Shown: positions 41,170-59,300 of the stretch, piece by piece
How positions within the stretch are numbered: position 1 is the first letter of the stretch
Layout of the letters: the number at the start of each line of letters is the position of its first letter
Source: Camelus ferus
Taxonomy: Eukaryota
Direction: 5' to 3'
DNA: 64,000 nucleotides
NCBI RefSeq assembly: GCF_009834535.1
Contig: NC_045711.1
Location: 20,398,001-20,462,000, forward strand
Program-made: the position numbers and the translations under genes
Notes under the pieces: generated by a model
The model's input: only the letters and a program-made list of their open reading frames with translations
The model's database searches: none
What the model was told of the DNA's origin: nothing

Positions 41170-42005
41170 TCCACTGGTCAGATCAAAACGACAGTGAGGC
41201 ATCACCTCACACCAGTCAGAATGGCCACCATTCAAAAGCCCACGAACAATAAATGCTGGAGAGGCTGTGGAGACAAGGGAACNNNNNNNNNNNNNNNNNN
41301 NNNNNNNNNNNNNNNNNNNNNNNNNNNNNNNNNNNNNNNNNNNNNNNNNNNNNNNNNNNNNNNNNNNNNNNNNNNNNNNNNNNNNNNNNNNNNNNNNNNN
41401 NNNNNNNNNNNNNNNNNNNNAATTCGAAAANNNNNNNNNNNNNNNNNNNNNNNNNNNNNNNNNNNNNNNNNNNNNNNNNNNNNNNNNNNNNNNNNNNNNN
41501 NNNNNNNNNNNNNNNNNNNNNNNNNNNNNNNNNNNNNNNNNNNNNNNNNNNNNNNNNNNNNNNNNNNNNNNNNNNNNNNNNNNNNNTTTACAGTATCATG
41601 GGGGGACCTGGAGAATGTCATTCTAAGTGAAGTAAGCCAGAAAGAGAAAGAAAAATACCATATGCTATCACTCATATGTGGAATCTAAAAAAAAAAAAAG
41701 ACAAATGAACTTATTTACAAAACAGAAACAGACTCACAGACACAGAAAGCAAGCTTATGGTTAGCAGAGGGGAAAGGCATTGGGAAGGGCTAAATTGGGA
41801 ATTCGAGATTTGCAGATACTAAGTACCATACATAAAATAAACAACAAGGTCCTACTGTACAGCACAAGGAATTACATTCAATATCTTATAGTAACCTGTA
41901 ATGAAAAAGAATATGAAAAGGAATATACGCATGTGTATGTATGACTGAAACATGATGCTGTGCACCAGAAATGTACGCAGCACGGTAAACTGACTCTACT
42001 TCAAT
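41170..42005 (+). mobile_element. L1 3' portion (ORF2 C-terminus and 3'UTR), interrupted by an assembly gap
   Basis: QIKTTVRHHLTPVRMATIQK...KCWRGCGDKG and LENVILSEVSQKEKEKYHMLSLICGI are the L1 ORF2 end. Confidence 0.9.
41283..41587. other. Assembly gap: 138 N, a 10-bp island (aattcgaaaa, 41421-41430), then 157 N
   Basis: Read directly. Confidence 1.
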
Positions 42006-42019
42006 TAAAGGTGCCAGAA

Positions 42020-42438
42020 CTTGGAGGGCATTATGCCAAGTGAAATAAGTCAAACAGAGAAGGCCAAATATTGTAAGATATCACTTACCTGTGGGATCTT
42101 AAAAAAACAGCAAACTAGTTATTGCACAACAGAAAAGAAAGAGACTCACAGATGTAGAGAAGGAACTCTCAGTGACCAGTGGGAGAGGGAAAGGGGAGGG
42201 GCAAGATGGGGGTGGAGGGTTAAGAGGCACAAACCATCAGATTTGTCCCTGACAAGCTACCAGGATATATCGTACAACACAGGGAACATGGCCAACATTT
42301 TGTAATAACTGTAAGTGGAGTGCAGCCTTTAAAACTGTGAATCACTGTATTGTATACCTGTAACATATAATATTGTGCATCAACTATATTTCAATTTAAA
42401 AATATGACATTGTAAAATAAATACATAAGTAAAGGTTT
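42020..42438 (+). mobile_element. 5'-truncated L1 3' end (L1MA9-like) with a perfect 14-bp TSD
   Basis: ggagggcattatgccaagtgaaataagtca...; TSD taaaggtgccagaa at 42006-42019 and 42439-42452. Confidence 0.85.
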
Positions 42439-42633
42439 TAAAGGTGCCAGAATTAGTTTATTGATTAATTTTTCATACTTAAAAGAAAAGCTAAGCTAGA
42501 GACTGAACTTGACAGGGCGGGCTAGGCCAGGCGGCAGAGACCACTAAGTCCTGGGAGCCCACGTGTTCGCATCCCACTGCGATGGGCCCGGTGGCTCCGC
42601 TGTAAGTAGTGAGTCCAGAACCCAGACTGCTTC

Positions 42634-42778
42634 CTTTTTTTTTTTTTTTTTTTGGTGGTGGTGGAGGAGATAATTAGGTTTGTTTATTTTTTTTTTTAAG
42701 GAGGAGGGACTGGGGATTGAACCCAGGACCTCATGCATGCTAAGCACGCACTCTACCACAGAGCTAGACCCGCACCCC
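42634..42778 (-). mobile_element. tRNA-Ala-derived SINE (Vic-1-like)
   Basis: ggggattgaacccaggacctcatgcatgctaagcacgcactctaccacagagcta plus poly-T. Confidence 0.9.
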
Positions 42779-43204
42779 CTGGGTTGCTTCTACCTTCGGG
42801 GCCCAGCGTGTTGTAGTTTAAGTCACCCTCACATCATCTGGCAAAATGGAGGAACAAGAAGAAAGTCGGATGAAGGCGAAAAGGAGACTCACCACCCAAG
42901 CCCGGGAGGGACATGAACTCCCCAGGCTTCACTGGCTTGAAGAAGCCCCACAGCCACCATCACAGGCAGGGCAGCTGGACCACGTGAAGAGGCAGGAGCA
43001 GGGTGGGCGGGGGGGAAGTTCCTGGGTCTCCGACGGCCCTGGTGGCAGCTGTGGTGTCATCCCTTGCTCGCCATCATGGGAGCAATGAACTCCCATGGTT
43101 TCAGCCAGCGTCAGTCACCTCGTCTGCAGCTGGGATCGCACGTCACTGACACGGAGTGTGAAGCAAGGTCTCTGAGCACAGTTCACGGGGAAGAGAAACT
43201 AAAT

Positions 43205-43395
43205 AAAGGAAAATGAAAAAGAACAAGGTCCCACTGCGTTGCACAGGGAACTACATTCAACACCTTGGAATCACCTAAAATAATGAAGACTATGAGAAAG
43301 AATCTATATACAAATAACTGAATCACTGTGCTGTACACCAGACACTAACACAACATTATAAATCAACTATACTTCAAATTAAAAAAAAAAAAAAA
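43205..43395 (+). mobile_element. Short L1 3' end (artiodactyl-type) with an A tail
   Basis: aacaaggtcccactg...gcacagggaactacattcaa...ctgtacaccagacactaacacaacattataaatcaactatacttcaa then poly-A. Confidence 0.8.
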
Positions 43396-43411
43396 GGAGG
43401 AGGAGGAGGGT

Positions 43412-43525
43412 GGGGAGGGTAGAGCTCAGCACTAGAGCGTGCGCTTGGCATGCATGAGGTCCTGGGTTCAATCTCCAGCACCTCCATTAACGAAAAGGTA
43501 AAAATAAAGGAAAAAAAGAAAAAAA
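43412..43525 (+). mobile_element. tRNA-Ala-derived SINE (Vic-1-like)
   Basis: ggggagggtagagctcagc...gcatgcatgaggtcctgggttcaatctccagcacctcca plus an A tail. Confidence 0.9.
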
Positions 43526-43599
43526 GCAGGGACATGGCAGGAAGGTGCCTCGGCTCGAGAGGGCGGCTCTGCTGCAGAGTCCAAGCTTGCATTGCTTGC

Positions 43600-43940
43600 C
43601 CCAGGACACGCCGAGCAGAGACGTGCTGGGGCAAGGGAAGCCGGCAGGCCGAGACGATGGTGAGATGCGCCAGAGACCATCTTCCCAGGGTTAGAATTCA
43701 GGCTCCTTTTACGCTAGAAGATGAAAGGGTTAAGGGCTGGTTCCAGCCAGACTCTGGAGGGGACGAGTTCATTTCTTCATCCCAGCCTGGTCAGGAGGTT
43801 TCCTGTGAGCTCAACAAAGTTATTTTAGCTGAACGCTTGTTACCCAGGAGGCAGGGTTCCCAGACATGGGCCATTGTGTGTCATTTAAGCTAATGAGCAA
43901 CACCCTTTTCGTGAGTAACTTCTAATAGGACACAGAGGCT
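43600..43940. mobile_element. Possible ERV1-class LTR fragment
   Basis: ccagccagactctggaggg...ggtcaggaggtttcctgtgagctcaacaaag...ggcagggttcccagacatgggccatt resembles recalled ERV1 LTR text; family not certain. Confidence 0.4.
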
Positions 43941-46769
43941 CTTCCCAGTCACAGCTCCCGCACGCCACCTGAGGTTATGGGGGGTCAGCAGTCCTTCGTC
44001 TTTTAAGAGGAGCAGCGAGAAGCACCTGCACCCTGAAAAGTTGGCCAGGACAGCAGATCTCTCCGAAACTTGACAGATGGGAATGTGTGGCATCAGGGTG
44101 ACTCCGCCGTCCATGCAGGATGGGTGCAGACCTCGTCCAGAGCCACAGCTCTGCCCAGCCCTGCCGACGGCATCCTGCCCGCCCAGCTGAGCACACATGC
44201 TCTGGCCCCGCCAGCCCTTGAGGCAGCTTTCCTTTCATTCTCAGACCACAGTTGTAACAGCTGCATTCAAGTCTTGCTTGGGGGGGCCCCGACAATTGTT
44301 GATTCGGTTTAGAAAAGCTTCATTGTATGTAGGAGCAGGCAGGAGAAGCTGAGGATTGAGCAACCTGACCTGCAACCCCTCCTCACCCCCAAGAAAGTTA
44401 TCCTGGACCCAAGAGCAAGAGCAAGGTCCTCAGCTCCAGGCTCAGTGCTGGGGGCCCTGGGCCTCCAGGCTGGGGTCAGCTCCCCCCCCAGAAGGCTGTG
44501 GGGCCCCCCGGGCCCCGGGGCAGGGCCACAGGGAGCTCGTGCCCCCTCCCTGGCTCTGCCCCCCTGCCGGCCACTCAGGTCTAATTCCAGGAGTGGCTGA
44601 GGTGGCTTTCTCCAGCAGCATCACCTTACAGGCACCCAGGGAGCTTTTGTGCCTCAGGAAAAGTCTGCAACTCTCCTCCCCTAGAACTTCCCATGACCAA
44701 GAGCCTAATCTCTCGGCAAAAGAGAACAGCCTCCCGTCTCAGAGCCCCACCAGTCACGCTGTAATCCCGTGATATGGGGGTGGGGTGGGCAGGGACCGCA
44801 GGCTTTTTCCCATCAGAGAAGCTGTCGGCTCCCCCAGGGGCAGGTGCCGATCCCAGGGAGCCAGGAGCCTCTGGGGAGGGGGACCCCTGCCAACAACCCC
44901 AGCCCTCAAGCCTCTCTCTCATTTCTCCAAAAGCCTGGGGTCAAGCCAGGAACAAGTCGGCTTCCCAGAGGGCAGAGCCCTCCAGAGTGGGGCCAGGGCT
45001 TCCAGGAGGTGGGAGATGCAGGCGGGGGCGGGATGTCCTGAGGACTGAGACTCAGCAGTGAGTGGTCCTCCCCCAGTCCGGCCACATCAGCTACTGCCGG
45101 GCACGGCCCTCCACCCCTGGGCCCACTGTACGCGGAGTCCCCTCCCTGCATGTCGCTGTCCCCTCCGAGACTCTGAGCCCCGACGGCAGGGTTGGGACTC
45201 AGCCCTGCTGGTAAAGAAAAGAGCCAACAAGCACAAGCTGACATGAGAGGGACCAGGAAGGGTGGCCCCAGCTCGATGGCGGGGCCACAGGTAGTGGCCC
45301 AGGTCCTCAAGGGAGGCGTGCAGAAAGCCCTTCCTCAGGGTGCCGTGAGCTCAGACCCCTCTAAACACACACGCGGTGGGGGGTGCGCATGGCAGGAAGG
45401 GCCCCATGCTGAGCCACAGACACTCCTGGAGGCGAGGCCCCCCCCCCCACTGCGCTGGGCTCCTGGGGCAGCCTGAGCCTGGGATCCCCCTCCCTGCGGA
45501 CAGACCTGGACGGCCACGCCCCCGACAGACAGGGTCAGCTCAGCACAGTGGCCCTGGCTGGCTGCCGGCTACACAGAGACTGTCTTGAGAGCTGGAAGGA
45601 CCAGCACAGTGTCCGGGAAAGCGGGGGTGGGAGGCCTTAGGTCTCTTCAACTTCCTCATTGCCCAGAAGAAGGCAAAATATGCCATCGAGGTGGCCCTTG
45701 GGTTCTCTCCCAGAGGGCGAGCGTTTCCCCAGGCCCACCCACGGGGACCTCCTGTGTCTGTGTGTCTCCCTGTGTGTGTCCCCATGTGTGTCCCCTCTTG
45801 TGCGCACACACGAGCGGTGACGGGAATGGTGACCTGTGCCCAGTGACCTGGACAGGTTTCCTCTCCCTCCCAGGGTCCCCTCCTGCTTTTTCTCAGCTGC
45901 ACCTGCCTCTTGCTTCCTCCAGGAAGTCCCCCTGCAGTGCCTGAGGCCTGATGCTGCCTGGGGAGTTAAACTCCACTCGAGGATTCTGTGTCAAGAAGGC
46001 CTCGCTGTTAACAGCGCTTTCTTGGTCACAGCCCTGTGGACAAGAACAAGCCACTTCCACCCATCTGGGACATGGGCCAGATGAGGAGCCAGGGGTGGGG
46101 GCCTTGACCGCTGTGAGGGTAACCCGCAGCCCTGCTCCTGTTCCCCGCCCCGCCCGCTCAACTGCAGGCTCCCTGCGCAGACGCGGGTCACAGCCTGTGC
46201 TCTGTGCAGCCACAGCGTGTGGCTGTCACCCTCGTTTTAGGGTGTGTCGTTCGTTCATTCACTCTGCAGACACATGCTGGAAGCATCTCTCACATGTGCC
46301 AAGGAACAGGGGGTGCAGAGGACGCAGGTGATCGCAAGGCAGAGGGAACATGAGTGACTGAGTGGCCAGAGGGCTGAGAGTCAACACCTGAGGTGCCAGA
46401 GCCCAGAGGGGGAGCCCTCACAGGAGCTAACACCCCAGCTGAGCCCAGAAGCCAAGAAGTTGGAGGGGAGCCTGGCAGGGAGCGGAGGTGGCCTGGCCTG
46501 GGGGAGGGGGACCTGGGGACATGGTCAGACCAAAGGCTCCCAGTGCGGTAGAGCCAGTGGGCCTGGTGGGCACCGGGCAGGAGGAGTGGAGGATGAGGAA
46601 GGGTCTGGAGCAAGAGAGGGCCCTGGGCTCAGCTTGACCTGCAAGAAGGGGCAGCGCCAGGATGGGTCACAGGAGCCCAGTAGGTCCCGCTGCTCCCAGA
46701 CCCCTGTGCTTGGAGACAGGCTTGGTTTCCAGGCCCAGAGGGTGCGGCCCGTCTCCCAGACACCCAAGT

Positions 46770-46975
46770 TCCCACAGCTGGCTAGAGTGACCCACCAACC
46801 TCAGGAAAGTGTGGTACTTGTGATCAGTACCGTAACAGAAGGATTCAGCACTCAGCTGAAGGAAGAGACGCAGAGGACAGAGTCTGGGAGGGTCCAAACA
46901 CGAGCCAGACTGCAGCCAGATGTGTGACAACACACACGGAGTACTGCCCCCGGGGAAGCTCGTGGTGTTTGTATT
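46770..46975. mobile_element. MER21-like LTR fragment
   Basis: ctagagtgacccacc...ctcaggaaagtg...ggaagagacgcagagg...gtctgggagggtcc...gatgtgtgacaacacacacggagtactgcc...ggaagctc parallels the recalled MER21 consensus. Confidence 0.6.
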
Positions 46976-47869
46976 GCTGTGGTACTCACTGGGGCCTTAC
47001 CTCCTTCTGCCCATGTGGCTGGCTGTCCTTTAGACCCAGCCGTTCCCAGAGGTCAGAAATGACATGCGCTTTCCCGAAGCCCCGAGCACAAGTCGCACTT
47101 TGGGCCATCAGGTGGGCAAGACCCCCAGCAACCAAGACGCTCCCATTAGGCAGGACATTGTGGGGCCCAGAGATCCCACCCCAGGAGAGCAGGCCAGGGC
47201 CAGACCTCTCTGAGAAAAGCTAACCCATCAAACACACTGGACGCAAGGGAGCTGCGGTTTTGGCACACAAGCTAGTGCACGTGGGCCCAGCCCCAGGGAG
47301 GGGCTCGTGGCTTGCCCCGTGCATCGTGGACACGGAGCGTGAGCCAGCGTACGGGGTCGCTCCCTTTGCTTCAGGCAGGAGCACACAGCTTTCCTTTTGG
47401 AGACTCAGATGAGCCCGTGTCAGGAGCCGGGGGAGCTGGGGCGAGGCGGTGGGGGTGCCTCTGCACACCCTGGCCTCAGGCAGCCCTGATCCCCTCCAGC
47501 TGCTGCCCTGGGGTGCAGGCACCCCCTCCCCTTCCCCCTCGCCTCAGGCCCATAGCCTCTGACCCCAGGGCAGAGAGCAGCCTTTGAGGGACGATTCTGG
47601 AGATTGAAGAACCCAGAATCTCAAGAGCAGAAAACCAGTCCGCAGTGCAGTGTGGGGCCAGTGTCGGAGCTGTGCTGGCTGTGGGGTGTGTGCTGGGCGT
47701 GCGGGGTGTGAGGCCCTCTGCCCCTCTCCTGGGGCTGGCTGGTACCCACTTGCTGGAGCAGTGGGTTGTGTCCTCCACAAGGTCTCCCAGCCCCGGAGCC
47801 CGCCTGGTCATGTGCCCTGGGCTCCCAACTGACACATCACAGGGTAGGGTGGTCGCCTCTAAGAGCCCG

Positions 47870-48430
47870 GGGGGGAGGGACATTCCCACCCAAGGCCTGC
47901 ATGAGGGACCTGAGAGCATCTGGCGTAGCCGCAGAGGAGATGCTGCTTTGCTGGGGGATACTTCCAAAACCAGACTCAGCATCTCAGCCTGAATCACAAG
48001 CAGAATTCCTAACCCAGCAGGGACCATGTCCTTAAAGCCACAGCATCAGCTGGTAAGGAGTGAGCCTGGGACAATGGGATGGGGGCCCGCTCTGCCGTGC
48101 TGAGCCTCCTCTCCCAGTGGAAGCAGCCCTTCCAGCCCCCTCCCTGGAGCCCAGTCTGGGCCACTTTGCCTGAAGAACCTGAGACCGCCACCCTGAGGTC
48201 GCTGCCTTGCAGGGAACCGCTGGTCCTTCAGAGCACCCAGCCCTCCGCCTCTCCTGCTACAAACCCTCAACCAGACTCAAGTCTCAGGAGGGCCCAGGGG
48301 GTGACAGATGCAGTGAGACCCACAAAGGGCGTGAGGCACACACCAGAGGAACTGCGTGGCCTTGCTGACTTATATCCACAGAAACAGGAGGAAATCGTGT
48401 GGAAGGAACAGAAGGTCGCATGAAGCTGGC
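47870..48430 (+). mobile_element. Degenerate ERVL/MaLR internal gag relic
   Basis: Translated pieces CMRDLRASGVAAEEMLLC, VLKATASAGKE* and VRHTPEELRGLADLYPQKQEEIVW parallel recalled ERVL gag motifs (DLRAS..ALEETLISC, KVRALIGKEWDP, VRYTPKEL..F.NLY.QK.GE.VW). Confidence 0.6.
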
Positions 48431-48880
48431 TGTGGGCACACTGAGCAGAGCCACCCATCCTGTGGGTGACTGCAAGCAGCAGGGTTAGGACTCTCCGGTG
48501 CGCTCAGTTCGTCGCCCAACCTAGACCCCAGGGTGCAGTCGGGGTTGGCAGGTGTAGGGGGCCAGCCTTGAGCACAGTGTGCCTTGGCCATCACCCAGGG
48601 GCACTGGCCCAAGGCTGCAGGGGCCAGCTCCAGGCCACCTTCCCCCAGCAGCCAGGAAGGGGCATATTACCCACACCAGGGTTTCTTTTTAATTTATTTT
48701 CCAAAACCGAGGATGGAGCTTCTGGCTGGCATCTTTGGGTTGTGGGTGAGGAGGGTGGCCCCTTCCAGGGAGGCAAGTTTCTGTGTACAAGGAAGCAGTG
48801 CAAGGCGGCCTGGTGCTGCCTGCCTCGGGCCAGCCCACACACCACACCCCACTGCCACCCAGCCCACTCCAGCCCAGGCC

Positions 48881-48886
48881 TATAAA
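48881..48886 (+). promoter_or_regulatory. TATA box of the CBR2 locus
   Basis: TATAAA 54 nt upstream of the ATG at 48935, preceded by CACCC boxes. Confidence 0.7.
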
Positions 48887-48934
48887 CCCTCCAAGCCTGC
48901 CTCTCCTGTTGGACAGAGGCTTGGAGTTGGCATC

Positions 48935-51200
<2,266 letters not shown>

Positions 51201-51895
51201 GGGGCTGAGGGGCACATTCACCTTCCAAGAAGTGAGCAGGTGGCCTATTCGAAGCGCACCCCGACACGCCCCCATTCCACCGCTGACCCTGCCTTTGAGC
51301 TGACTGGCCGCGATTCCTGGCAAAGGAAGAGATTCCTCATATCCACGTCCCTGACAAAACACCCAACCAGCTCTGGGCAGAGGACGGAGGGCAGCCTGTG
51401 GCCACCTTTCCTGCCTGCACCTCTGGCTCCGTCCCTCAGCCCAGAGTCCTCGCTTTGACTGCTGCCGGCAGCAGAGGGGAGAGGGTCTGAGGAGGGTCTG
51501 GGGAGATGCCCTGGACCATAGGCCAGCCCTAGGGGAGATGGGACTGAACGCTTAGCCTGGGCGTGAGGAGCGGGGTGCTGGACCAGCACAGTTTATCCAA
51601 CCCTGAGGAACCCAGCTCCACCTTGGGGCACACCTTCCCCCACAAGACCACCCACGAGAGGGCAGCCCAAGCTGGGGAGGGGTCCACAGCTGCTGCTGTA
51701 CCTACTGTCCGTGGCCTGAATCCGGGCACAACAGCTCTGCAGCCTGAGCGGCTAGAGGGTCTTGCAGGTAGGGCCTGCTGGGATTCAGTTGTGCTTGCAT
51801 GGGTCAAGGTCCTGAGTGTCACATGACTTCTGAGTGTGACGAGGCCTGAGCTGACCAGTCAGCTGGACTGGCACAGTGTCCAACCCTGGGCAAGA

Positions 51896-51945
51896 GGGCA
51901 AGGGATGAGGGACTGGGGTGGGGCAAGGGATGAGGGACTGGGGTG
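51896..51945 (+). repeat. Perfect 2 x 25-bp tandem repeat (gggcaagggatgagggactggggtg)
   Basis: Read directly. Confidence 0.95.
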
Positions 51946-53285
51946 GGGCCCTCCAGGCACTGGTACCACTGGGCTGGGAGAGCAAAGGGCACGGAGCAGG
52001 GGTGAGGAGTGCTGAGGCCACTCTGGCCAGCTGCAGGGCCTCCTAAATCAAGGTCTGTGCCAAAGTTGGCTTGGGTCAGTCCAGCTGGCTCAGTGAGGAG
52101 CACAGACAAGTGAAAGGATCTGGACACCATTCCGGGGGCCAGGAAAAGCCAGTGCAGGGACCTGGGCAGATAGGCCTTTCAGGAAGGACAGGCTGGGGGC
52201 TGTCTCCCACCCTCAGCCTGGGGCAGGCAGAGGGCAGGGTCCAAGGTTAGAAGCAGACGGCAGGGTGTGCTGGTTGGCCAGGCGGTGTGGGCTGCACCAC
52301 AGGGCTAGGTCTGGTAGGGGCTTGTTGGCTGTCCGCCAGGCGTTTCTCAGATCTGACTCTTGCTGGCCCTGGCCATCCTCTTCTCCAGACTGTCCACCTC
52401 TCTGGCCCCAGTGACCCGACCGCCCTGCAATCACCAATTCCCTACTCCTGGCCTCAGAAGGTTCTCAGGGCAGTGTTTCTAGACTTTCCCACCATGACCC
52501 ACAGAACAAAGTAGCTTTTACAGGGGGAGCCAGCAAATACGTGGACACGGGAGCACACATACATCTGTAACTGACCCTAAAGCTGCAGGGCAATGTTTGC
52601 CTCTGCTGTTCACTGTGTACCCCAGTGACCCCAAGCCTATCCCCTCCCATCCTATCCATGTTTTTAAAGTGCTTGTGGCCTTCTGTGGGCTGGCCAAGTG
52701 AGCTAGAGTTTCAACTCCTTTTGAGGCTAAAGCCCACGGTCGTTGGTCTTGGCCTCTTCTTCAGGCTTATTGGGTTATCTAAACCCTTGCCCTCTGAGCA
52801 CTACAAGGGAGCCGGCGTGAGCCACTCCCAGGTCTGGGGGAGGAGAGCATGCGATCCTTTTCACCAAACTTTTCTTCTCAGAAACAAAACAGAAAATGTT
52901 GGCACTGAGTTCTCCATTTAGCGTGTAGTTACACATTCTTTCTGCTATTAACTACCACACCTGTTTTTTTTCTAATAATCTTGGTAAGGGAAAAATGCTG
53001 GCAGGGTCAGCTAAACCAATTTAGCGCCCCGGGTAGAAGAGTCGCCACCCAGCAGCTTGAAAAACCCCGCCCCAGTGTCCGGCGGGGACCCTCCCCGCCT
53101 GCCCCGCCCCGGCCACGCCTACCGATTTCGACCAATCGCCTCCGTGGGCAGGCTGCTATTTGAATGTCCCCGCCTCCCGCCAGAATACCGCCCTGCGATT
53201 GGCCCGCCTCGCCCCGCCCCGCGCCCTTCTGGACCCCTGGGCTTGCAGTAGGGCGGCCGCAGTGTGCAGGGCTAAGCCGGACCTC

Positions 53286-55066
<1,781 letters not shown>

Positions 55067-55136
55067 GCCCCCTCCACCCACACGTACTCCTGTTCCACGC
55101 TGAGCCCACCTTAACCCTCCCCTTCTCCATTCTTCC

Positions 55137-55142
55137 AATAAA
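55137..55142 (+). terminator. DCXR polyadenylation signal AATAAA
   Basis: 70 nt after the stop. Confidence 0.85.
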
Positions 55143-55489
55143 CCTGACTCTTCTGCCCAGCCTGCATGCTGATTCCTAGGCTGCTGTCGAGTGGCTGGAA
55201 GACACAGAGCTCAGGGGCTGAGTGTGGGAGTGAGTCCCAGATAGAGACGCCCATTCAACTCATATCCCAGGCCGGGCGGCAGCCTGGCTCCCCAGCCTGA
55301 GGTCTGCAGGCCTGGCTAAGTCCCTGGCAGGGCTGGGAGATGGAACTTTCCAGAAGGCCAGCTCCTAAGGAGGCTAGTGAATTTGACCAAGGATGGCCTT
55401 TGGCCTGGTCCAGAGAGGCCTCTGGGGTGGAAGCAGTAGTGTTTTGAACACAAACATTGGCTGGGATTCCTGGAAGTCAGCGCATAAAA

Positions 55490-55950
55490 GACAGAAGTGA
55501 ACTGAGGAGGCAGTGTTGGAAAGTCACTACTTTGTTGACTTGAGTGACTTCTTTGCTGAATCAGACGATGGTTTTCAACTACTGAGAACATTTCCTCAAC
55601 TTTTTGAGTTATTCACCATGTACTGAACACAGGCACAGCACAAGCTCCAGCTGCAGAATTTGCCCACTTCCATGGTGTAGGTACTCCCACCTGTTTGATG
55701 TCCTTGAGGCGGCGCTGGGGAGAGACGGGAGCATCTCACCTCTGCCTGGTATCCCCACCACGCAGACACAGTAGCTCTAAATGACCCACCCGAAAGCACA
55801 GATAATAATGTACAAAAATAATTAGAAAGTGATGTGCTTTGAGCATTTGTTAAATTGTGTCTTTGATAGAACTAGTTGTAAGTTTATATAATTATTAACA
55901 ATAGCTGCTTAAAAACTGGCTAGCAAAATTCCTGAGGTTTAGCAGTCGGC
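55490..55950. mobile_element. Possible hAT-Tip100 (Arthur1-like) DNA transposon relic
   Basis: AT-rich block ending ...ctggctagcaaaattcctgaggtttagcagtcggctc, similar to recalled Arthur1 termini; low certainty. Confidence 0.35.
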
Positions 55951-56560
55951 TCAGAGACCCACAGTTTGGTAGCAGAGTGTGGCCTTCTCATCATGGGTCT
56001 GCCCAGGAGGAGTGGTGCCCTGTGGCCTCGGGGCGAGGTCGGTGCCAGGCCAGGCTCCCTGCCGTCCCTCCTCCCCGTCCACACCACACTTGTCCTACCT
56101 CCACAGCTTCATGGGCCCCTCTGCCTGGATGCCCTTCCTTCCCATGGCCTGGCTCCTTGGGACTCCGCTCAGTGTTCCCCAGACTGGGCGGAACAGCCTT
56201 GCCCTCGGCTGTTGGGGCCACGCTGCCCCCTGCCACACCTGGGAGCTGCTTAAGCAGCCAGAGCCCACCCGCTCCCCGGGCCGGGCCCCTCCAGAGGCCC
56301 CATCCACATGAGGGGGGCTGTCTTCATCCAGAAGGGGCCGAGTGCACTTGCTCCCTCTATGATCCGGGTCCCTCCTTTGGAAACTGACAGCTCAGTAAGC
56401 TCTTCCTTCTCCTCTGGCCCAGGGTTGGGGGATCAAGGTCACCTGCTCTGTACCCATGAATTGGGAAGGGGACTGGGGGCAGAGCACCCGAGGGCAGAGG
56501 GGCAGGCAGGGTGAGAGGAGCAGGTCAGGCAGCCAGACAGGCAGGAGATGGTGGAGAACG

Positions 56561-56566
56561 TTTATT
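56561..56566 (-). terminator. RAC3 polyadenylation signal AATAAA (minus strand)
   Basis: TTTATT on the plus strand about 360 nt beyond the RAC3 stop. Confidence 0.85.
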
Positions 56567-56923
56567 GTATAAAATAAGAAAAGGGCTGCCCCATCCTGGG
56601 GCACAAGAACAGAACCCACCCCCCAACCTCCCCCAGCAGGGAAGCCCATCCTGGGGCTGCCCTGGGCCCGCCCCTGCAGCCTGAGGGAGTCCCTGCTCCC
56701 TTCTGGCCTCCCGTAGGGACCAGGGGAGGCCGGAGCTGTGCCCCTGGAAAGAGGTGGACAGGATCACCCAGCCCCAGCACCGCCACCAGGGGCAGCAGCC
56801 TGGTCCCCATGCTTCCTTCCCCTCCCCACCCACACCACTCCCCCACCGCAGACTCGGGGACATCGAACATCTCGACAGGACAGACATGGGTGGGCACGGG
56901 CTGTGCCTCCAGAAGTGGGGGTT

Positions 56924-59300
<2,377 letters not shown>

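Noticed and set aside
41421-41430. 10-bp island between N runs as a biological motif or spacer
   Set aside because: It sits inside an L1 gap and is best explained as a scaffolding or gap-filling artefact.
45630-45690. Exon-like 50-nt stretch (ttag|...FNFLIAQKKAKYAIE|gt)
   Set aside because: No recognisable homology, a weak donor and no partner exons found.
47936-47984. Imperfect hairpin gagatgctg...cagcatctc
   Set aside because: Lies within the ERVL gag relic; the stem is too short and bulged for a pre-miRNA call.
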